Assembly (NCBI RefSeq): GCF_009729055.1 | Contig: NZ_CP045484.1 | Location: forward strand, 2,280,872 to 2,304,871 | Direction: 5' to 3' | DNA length: 24,000 nt | From: Sulfurisphaera ohwakuensis | GTDB lineage: Archaea > Thermoproteota > Thermoprotei_A > Sulfolobales > Sulfolobaceae | Shown here: positions 18,239-24,000 of the stretch, piece after piece | How positions within the stretch are numbered: the stretch's first letter is position 1 | Layout of the letters: each line of letters starts with the position of its first letter | Notes under the pieces: model-generated | Databases searched by the model: none | What the model saw: only the letters and a program-made list of their open reading frames with translations | What the model was told of the DNA's origin: nothing | Position numbers and translations under genes: made by a program

Positions 18239-18336
18239 AGATCATCCCTCTCATTAATATCAACTAGGTCGTCACAACAAAGACCTATACACTCGTGTCC
18301 TTCTGCTTCTTTTTCTTCCTTATTATTAATTCTCAT
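18235..18336 (-). CDS. Candidate unannotated small ORF (33 aa, acidic, Cys-rich)
   Basis: My translation is MRINNKEEKEAEGHECIGLCCDDLVDINERDDL*. The ATG (18336-18334) lies inside the last codons of the ribokinase gene in another frame. The TGA stop (18237-18235) overlaps the GTG start (18238-18236) of the MBL gene. There is no independent support. Confidence 0.25.
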   Translation of the reverse strand: MRINNKEEKEAEGHECIGLCCDDLVDINERDDL

Positions 18337-19201
18337 TTTCTTCTTCAATTAAATCCTTCACCTCTTCATATTTAGGTCCTAAAGCTCCAATAATTGTAGT
18401 TGAATATGAAGCTAATTTATTTGCTATTCTTACAGCTGTTCTAAGATCATAATTTTTCTCTAGATACACAGCAAGTGCTGCATTAAACACGTCTCCTGCA
18501 CCAGTAGTGTCAATAGGATTTACTTTTATAGTAGGTACTAAAATTTTTTCATGCTTGGTTGCTATTAATGCACCTCTTTCTCCCAGTGTAATTATAACTG
18601 CTTTTTTTACTTTCTTTAGCAATAATTGAATCCCAGATTCAATATCATCAGTATTTGTGAGCTCCTTAAATTCTATTTCATTAGGAGTTAAAATATCAAC
18701 ATAATCCAAAATCGAGAAATCCTTAAGTATTGCTGGTGCAGGATTTAAGATTCTTATTCCATTAAATTCCTTAAGTGCTTTCTTCACAACTCTTTCCTCT
18801 ATCTCAAGTTGGGTAAGCAAAATATTTCCAGATAACGCATTATCTATATCCTCTTCATTTAAAAGGGCATTGGCACCCCTATTTACAACTATCATATTTT
18901 CTCCCCTTGAATTCACAATTATGTATGCTGAACCGGTTACACTATTTTTTATTTTTACATATGCTGTATCAATTCCTTCATCTTCCCAAAATCTTATTGC
19001 ATTTTTCCCAAATTCATCATTACCTACTGCAGCTATTATTCTAACTTTTGACCTAAGCCTTGATGCAGATACTGCTTGATTTGATCCTTTTCCCCCATGA
19101 TTTATATAGATTTCTTTTGCAAACACAGTTTCTCCTTCATTTGGAAATTCTTCTACTTTAAGAATAAAATCTACATTATAACTTCCCACAACGGTAATCA
19201 T
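18326..19201 (-). CDS. rbsK: Ribokinase (PfkB carbohydrate kinase family)
   Basis: VVGSYNVDF, GGKGSNQAVSA, LTPNEIE and the PfkB signature DTTGAGDVFNAALA are present. 291 aa. Confidence 0.8.
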   Translation of the reverse strand: MITVVGSYNVDFILKVEEFPNEGETVFAKEIYINHGGKGSNQAVSASRLRSKVRIIAAVGNDEFGKNAIRFWEDEGIDTAYVKIKNSVTGSAYIIVNSRGENMIVVNRGANALLNEEDIDNALSGNILLTQLEIEERVVKKALKEFNGIRILNPAPAILKDFSILDYVDILTPNEIEFKELTNTDDIESGIQLLLKKVKKAVIITLGERGALIATKHEKILVPTIKVNPIDTTGAGDVFNAALAVYLEKNYDLRTAVRIANKLASYSTTIIGALGPKYEEVKDLIEEENEN

Positions 19202-20406
19202 AACTCTTTAATCCTCCTAAGTTTTTGTAAAATCTCATCTATTGAGTTACCTACTAAATAAACTCCTCCATCAAGCATTACAATATCACTATCTAAGCCA
19301 CTCTCAGATATTTTTAACAATCCTTTTTCTGAAGCATTAAGAACTTTTCTAGTTAAAGCAATAGAAATACAAACTCTTTTATTAATCTTTTTTATCTTTG
19401 TGCTTATATCATTTTCTATATTAATTAAAATAGGCCCATCCAATTTTATCTTATTTAGATATTTTATTATTCCTCCAGCTAACGTAGCGACATCTCCATA
19501 ATCGGTTAAAAATGCAACATTGCTTTTAGTATTATCTTCAATCACTTGTAAAAGTAATGATGGATCTTTCTCAAATTCCCACAACAATCTTTCAAGTTCT
19601 TCTCTTGCGAATTCCCTTTGTAATATTCTGTCTATTGGTGCAAAAGGATCCACTGGACCATGACCTTGGCCTAAATCTAAGGAGTATTTTATACTTATTG
19701 TAACATATTCTTTAGCTTTTATCAACGCATCTTCTAGTTTTTCTCCTTTAGCCAAATATGCTGTTAAAGAAGCAGAAAATACATCACCACTTCCATGTGT
19801 ATTTTTTGTGTTTATAGATTCTCCCTCTAATTCTAACTCTTTTCCATCTACTATTGCAAAATCAAATCCACCAACATGACTTCCTCCTTTTACTATTACA
19901 TTCACATTGAACATTTCATAAAGTTTCCTAGTTGCTTCTATGAGTGTTTTCTTATCAGTTATTTTTATTCCAGACAATTTTTCAGCTTCAAATTTATTTG
20001 GAGTAATTATTAGTGAGTGCTTAATAAGCTTCTTTAATGCATCAATAGTATCCTCAGTAACTAGAGGTGCACCAGACTTAGCTATCATAACTGGATCTAG
20101 CACTAGAGATATGTTATATTGTATGACTTTATTCATGACAGCATTAATTACCTTACTAGAAGCTAACATTCCAGTTTTTGCATATTTTGGTTTTAAATCT
20201 ACCATTACCGCATCAAATTGTGCCTCAATAAATTCAGGTGGAACTTCTAAAACATTGGTAACAGAAAAAGTATTTTGTGCTGTTAACCCTGTTACAATAA
20301 CAGTTCCAAAGACACCTAAACTAGTAAAAGTTTTAAGATCTGCTTGAAGCCCTGCACCACCACCCGAATCACTACCAGCTATTGTCATTGCTACTGGTCT
20401 AATCAT
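19198..20406 (-). CDS. thiDN: Bifunctional hydroxymethylpyrimidine/phosphomethylpyrimidine kinase (ThiD) fused to a ThiN-type thiamine-phosphate synthase domain
   Basis: The N-terminus is MTIAGSDSGGGAGLQADLKTF, followed by NTHGSGDVFSA (ThiD). About 140 further residues have ThiN-like size and position. It overlaps the ribokinase gene by 4 bp. Confidence 0.8.
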   Translation of the reverse strand: MIRPVAMTIAGSDSGGGAGLQADLKTFTSLGVFGTVIVTGLTAQNTFSVTNVLEVPPEFIEAQFDAVMVDLKPKYAKTGMLASSKVINAVMNKVIQYNISLVLDPVMIAKSGAPLVTEDTIDALKKLIKHSLIITPNKFEAEKLSGIKITDKKTLIEATRKLYEMFNVNVIVKGGSHVGGFDFAIVDGKELELEGESINTKNTHGSGDVFSASLTAYLAKGEKLEDALIKAKEYVTISIKYSLDLGQGHGPVDPFAPIDRILQREFAREELERLLWEFEKDPSLLLQVIEDNTKSNVAFLTDYGDVATLAGGIIKYLNKIKLDGPILINIENDISTKIKKINKRVCISIALTRKVLNASEKGLLKISESGLDSDIVMLDGGVYLVGNSIDEILQKLRRIKEL

Positions 20407-20439
20407 GAGATAAGAATAAGAATAAAAGAATATTTGTTT

Positions 20440-21060
20440 TTATTTATTTCTCTTGTAGGGGCATACAGAGGAATAGACGCAATAACCACACTCCCAAGGA
20501 TATCTAGGTACTTTAGTTCTCTTTAGCGTCTCTTCGGCTAGTCTAATTACTCCTACCTCGTCTGCTGGTTCATTTACTTCATATTCAGTTACTCTGTCTG
20601 GAGTTATATACACTAGTAAACCCTTCTTTATTCCAGTCATCCAAAGGTAAATTTGTAATTGAACTTTATGATGCTCATGTGGTAATCCCTTATCAGCTCT
20701 AGCACTTTTTATTTCAATTACTACCTTTTCTCCGTCAATTTCTGCTATTGCGTCAATTCTTCCTTTTATTTTCACTTGCTTATTGTTTACTGGAATTTCT
20801 CTTTCTATCTCAACCTCAACTTGAGAATTACTAAAGTTATTTTTAATGAAGTTCTCTAATCCCTCATGTACCATATCGCCTAAAATTGTAGAGGGTGTGA
20901 AGACCTCTGAAATTGCTAATTCTTTATACGTTTTTTCATACTGAATTTTCAAGGGGCATCGTATTAAGTCTGTGACGTAAAGTGTATTATCATCTTTCGT
21001 ATGCGTTAAGTAATCTTCCAATTTCTTTTTGAAAATTCTTTCCACTAGCATGTCTTTCAT
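20440..21060 (-). CDS. Stand-alone Cas4-like / RecB-family PD-(D/E)XK exonuclease with a 4Fe-4S cysteine set
   Basis: The N-terminal Cys lies in VTDLIRCPLKIQY. Also present are GDMVHEG, GRIDAI...VVIEIKS (D...ExK), QLQIYLW (QxxxY) and the C-terminal CGYCVYSSVC (CxxC-x5-C). No cas genes or CRISPR array are in the window. Confidence 0.8.
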   Translation of the reverse strand: MKDMLVERIFKKKLEDYLTHTKDDNTLYVTDLIRCPLKIQYEKTYKELAISEVFTPSTILGDMVHEGLENFIKNNFSNSQVEVEIEREIPVNNKQVKIKGRIDAIAEIDGEKVVIEIKSARADKGLPHEHHKVQLQIYLWMTGIKKGLLVYITPDRVTEYEVNEPADEVGVIRLAEETLKRTKVPRYPWECGYCVYSSVCPYKRNK

Positions 21061-22241
21061 CTCCCTATCTCTGTGAAAACCTTTCCACTTCTTTCTGTTT
21101 TAACCCATATTCTAGGTCTTCTAGTAATTTCTAAAAGCAAAGCTGTTATATTAAGTAAAACTACGAAATTCATGTATACTAGTGATAATATTGAGTAGGG
21201 AAATTCTATTAAGTGTTTCTTTGAAATAGTTAAAGCAGTGATGAAGCTTACAAATGAGGCAGCAGATACAAATGCTGTTGCAACTATAAATAAGGAAGTC
21301 GGATAAATTAGAATTAGTGAGTAATTAACTAAGTTTAATACCATGAAAATGGGAGTTAAAACTATAAGAGCACCATCTATTATTCTCAGATCTATCTTAC
21401 TTCCCCTTAATTTTAGATTAACCTCAAAGTGTCCTCTGTACCATCTTAATCTCTGTTTTATTAGCCATCTTAAACTTATTGGTACTTCTCTCCATGCCAT
21501 AATAGAGGGCACATAAACTATTTTATAACCTTTTGATACTAATCTTATACTTAAGTCTAAATCTTCAGTCAAGCTGTATTCATTCCATCCTCCTACTTCT
21601 TGTACGAGTGATTTTCTTACAAATGTACATGTTCCCTCAAGTGGTACAAATAATCCTAATCTTGCTCTTCCAGCTATAGAATACTCATAATATAACTCTT
21701 CAAGACTAGCAAATCTAGTAATTATATTTTCTCTAACGTTAATAGGTATTAACTTTCCTTGTACTCCAGCTATTTGTGGGTCACTAAACACTGAAGAAGC
21801 ATAACTTAGTACATCTAATCTTGGAACAGTATCTGCGTCAAATATTCCAATGATCTCATGCTTAGCTACTTTCATGGCATAATTTAGAGCCCTACTTTTA
21901 CCGTTTGGAACATTTGATGGAGTTAGTTTTACACAATGAACTAGATTATCATAAAGGTTTTCGTATTGCTTGCAAACTTGATATGTGTTATCTGTTGAAC
22001 CATCTTCAACAACAATTATTTCATATTTTGATTTATCATATTCTTGGTTTACCATCCTATCTAATAGTCTCCCTAATACTTTTTCTTCGTTTTTAGCTGG
22101 TATAATTATAGAAAAAGTCTTATCTGAGAAATCTTTGGTTTCAATTTTGTTCCATGTAATTCCGTAAATCGCTAAGAACGAATTGTAAACACTCCAAGAT
22201 GATACTAAAATACTTATGAATGCTATTATTTCATCTAACAT
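21057..22241 (-). CDS. Membrane-anchored family-2 glycosyltransferase (processive, QxxRW type)
   Basis: IIIPAKNEE, VVEDGSTDNT, FDADT (DxD), TEDLDLS and QRLRWYRG are present, with an N-terminal TM segment and several C-terminal ones. Its TGA overlaps the ATG of the Cas4-like gene (ATGA). Confidence 0.85.
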   Translation of the reverse strand: MLDEIIAFISILVSSWSVYNSFLAIYGITWNKIETKDFSDKTFSIIIPAKNEEKVLGRLLDRMVNQEYDKSKYEIIVVEDGSTDNTYQVCKQYENLYDNLVHCVKLTPSNVPNGKSRALNYAMKVAKHEIIGIFDADTVPRLDVLSYASSVFSDPQIAGVQGKLIPINVRENIITRFASLEELYYEYSIAGRARLGLFVPLEGTCTFVRKSLVQEVGGWNEYSLTEDLDLSIRLVSKGYKIVYVPSIMAWREVPISLRWLIKQRLRWYRGHFEVNLKLRGSKIDLRIIDGALIVLTPIFMVLNLVNYSLILIYPTSLFIVATAFVSAASFVSFITALTISKKHLIEFPYSILSLVYMNFVVLLNITALLLEITRRPRIWVKTERSGKVFTEIGR

Positions 22242-22286
22242 TATGTAAAAATAGATACTCTTTTTTAAATTTCTTTTCTAAAGAGA

Positions 22287-23423
22287 TTAAACCCTATCCC
22301 ACGCTGATTTTAATATTTTAACTCCTTTTTTAATTTCGTCCTCGGTAGCAACGGATATACTTAGCCTAGCCATAGTATCCCCTCCCCTTAAAAAGAAAGG
22401 CTTAGCTGGAACAAAGCTTAATCCCATTTTTATAGCCTCATTGAAGACTTTCCAACTATCTTTCTTTAAGTCAAGAAGTAAGAAAAATCCACAAGATGGT
22501 CTATTAAAATCAGTAAATCCAGTATCTAATAGAGAATCTGTTAAAATTTTCATCTTATTAGCATAATGCTCATATAGATAATTCATTCTATTTTTTACTA
22601 TTCCTTTTTTCAACAATCTGGCCACTACGTATTGATTTATAGTTGAAGTAGAGAAATCCATTTGTTCGATAAGAGATATTTTTTCTGCAATTTCTTCATT
22701 TGCTAGTATAAAGCCTATTCTTAATCCAGGTGCAATAATTTTGCTAAAAGAACTTATGTAAATTACTCTTCCATTTTTATCAAAATATTTTATAGGTTTA
22801 GGGGTCTCTCCAGCTATAGGTTTATATGGATCATCTTCTAGTATATAGAAATCATAACTATCTGCAAGTTCAACTAACCTTTTCCTTCTATCTTCACATA
22901 AGTTAACTCCCGCTGGATTATGACAATTAGGTATTACATAAAGTAATTTAATTTTTACAATTTTCAGCACTTTCTCCAATTCATCAACAATAATTCCTTT
23001 TGAATCAAGACCTATAGGAAGAACAACATTACTTCTTAACTTTAATGGTGTAAAAGTTTCTATGAATGTAGGGTTTTCAACAGCTATAGTATCATTTTCT
23101 AGAAAATATTTAGATAAAAGCTCAATAGCGTGCTGAGCACCACTTGTTACTACAATTCTGTTTCCATTCAAAGATAAATTAAGATTAGGTATATAGTTCT
23201 CTATTTCCTTTATAAGTTCCTCTTGCCCTCCTGCACCAGGATAGAAAAATACTTTGCTACCATATTCTTCAATAATTTCATTATAAGCCTCTTTTATTTC
23301 TTTAATAGGCATAACTTTAGGATCTGGCGTGCCGCTGGCAAGATTTATCTCGACTTTTTTTGCAATTTGCGAGGCTAATTCTACTGGAGAAATTTCTATT
23401 TCCCTACCTATCCGAGAGACCAT
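22287..23423 (-). CDS. PLP-dependent aminotransferase, class I/II (Aro8/LysN-like)
   Basis: NCHNPAG and SFSKIIAPGLRIGF (the PLP lysine motif) are present. 378 aa. Confidence 0.8.
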   Translation of the reverse strand: MVSRIGREIEISPVELASQIAKKVEINLASGTPDPKVMPIKEIKEAYNEIIEEYGSKVFFYPGAGGQEELIKEIENYIPNLNLSLNGNRIVVTSGAQHAIELLSKYFLENDTIAVENPTFIETFTPLKLRSNVVLPIGLDSKGIIVDELEKVLKIVKIKLLYVIPNCHNPAGVNLCEDRRKRLVELADSYDFYILEDDPYKPIAGETPKPIKYFDKNGRVIYISSFSKIIAPGLRIGFILANEEIAEKISLIEQMDFSTSTINQYVVARLLKKGIVKNRMNYLYEHYANKMKILTDSLLDTGFTDFNRPSCGFFLLLDLKKDSWKVFNEAIKMGLSFVPAKPFFLRGGDTMARLSISVATEDEIKKGVKILKSAWDRV

Positions 23424-24000
23424 TTTCCTCCTATATCAATCTCACTTCCTATCCCATATTTCTTTGCTTTCTCATAAAGTAACTTGAGTATTGCTACATC
23501 CTCAAGTCCTATTCCCATGGATTTGAAAACTGTTATCTCATCTTCACTATTCCGTCTTACTTTTCCAGCAATAATTTCAGATATAGGTTTTACTTTATTC
23601 CAATCTAACATATTCATCTTTTCAGCCATTATTAGATCTCCAGCTTCCTCCTTTGCTTGCTCTAAATCTTCAACAGCAATAATTGATGCATTTTTTAAAA
23701 CCTCTGGATATAACTCAACTCTTTCAGGTAAGTTAGAGCCTAAAGCGTTTATATGTGTTCCCTTATTTAAGAATTCGTACTTAATAAAAGGGTCTTTTGA
23801 GTTAGTGACTGTTACTATAACATCAGCATTGCAAACATCCTTGTAATCTTTTGCTTTTTCCACTTTTATTCCTTCTTGAATAATTTTCCTAGCTTCTTCT
23901 TCTAGTTTTTCTTTACTAAAGACTTTTATTTTTACTCCTGGTTTCAATTCATAATAAGCTTTCACCTGATATTTTCCTTGTTTTCCAAGACCTATAATTC
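23408..24000 (-). CDS. Ornithine cyclodeaminase/mu-crystallin-family NAD(P) dehydrogenase, C-terminal part; the gene runs off the right edge of the window
   Basis: The reading frame stays open upstream of the listed GTG: ...IIGLGKQGKYQVKAYYE, which contains the Rossmann GxGxQ motif of the OCD family. Later motifs are DVIVTVT and HINALGS. It overlaps the aminotransferase gene by 16 bp. Confidence 0.7.
   Translation of the reverse strand, partial: IIGLGKQGKYQVKAYYELKPGVKIKVFSKEKLEEEARKIIQEGIKVEKAKDYKDVCNADVIVTVTNSKDPFIKYEFLNKGTHINALGSNLPERVELYPEVLKNASIIAVEDLEQAKEEAGDLIMAEKMNMLDWNKVKPISEIIAGKVRRNSEDEITVFKSMGIGLEDVAILKLLYEKAKKYGIGSEIDIGGKWSLG

Noticed and set aside
1-24000. Search for CRISPR arrays, tRNA/rRNA genes, IS terminal inverted repeats and integrase/att sites
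   Set aside because: I saw no regularly spaced direct repeats of 24-37 bp and no GC-rich ~75-nt cloverleaf-like islands in the short intergenic spacers. I also saw no integrase or tnpA. Detection by eye is limited, so tRNAscan, Infernal or CRISPR finders should confirm this.

Overview
AT-rich (roughly 30-33% GC by eye), about 90% coding window. It looks like chromosomal DNA of a crenarchaeon of the order Sulfolobales: TATA-like boxes lie about 25 bp upstream of start codons (leaderless-type promoters), many genes overlap by 4-17 bp, and the window carries a ThiD-ThiN fusion, a GATase-QueC fusion and a UPF0282-type metallo-beta-lactamase (MBL) protein. Most genes are housekeeping: purT (5' part), moaB, an M24 Xaa-Pro peptidase, a histone-deacetylase-family enzyme, ribokinase, thiDN, a VIT1/CCC1 transporter, an aminotransferase and an ornithine cyclodeaminase (OCD)-family dehydrogenase. 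I saw no rRNA, tRNA, CRISPR array or complete IS element. The less ordinary items are listed below.

- **Compact TnpB-like nuclease (15963-16796):** a 277-aa RuvC/zinc-ribbon protein with an apparently intact catalytic triad. It is wedged between housekeeping genes with no room for transposon ends or a conventional omega-RNA locus.
- **Candidate C/D box sRNA (about 2262-2315, minus strand):** one 12-nt guide matches, from memory, a universally conserved 23S rRNA domain V segment.
- **Stand-alone Cas4-like nuclease:** a 4Fe-4S nuclease translationally coupled to a membrane family-2 glycosyltransferase (GT2).
- **GAT-QueC gene:** divergently paired with a COG1205/DUF1998 (MrfA-like) helicase across a shared promoter.
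- **Unannotated 33-codon Cys-rich ORF:** it bridges two genes of the thiDN-ribokinase-MBL-GATase operon.
- **Perfect 30-bp direct repeat:** two copies exactly 120 bp apart inside a ferredoxin-type CDS.
- **Two PD-(D/E)XK-like hypothetical proteins** near the left end.

All functional calls rest on motifs I recognised by eye, not on database searches.
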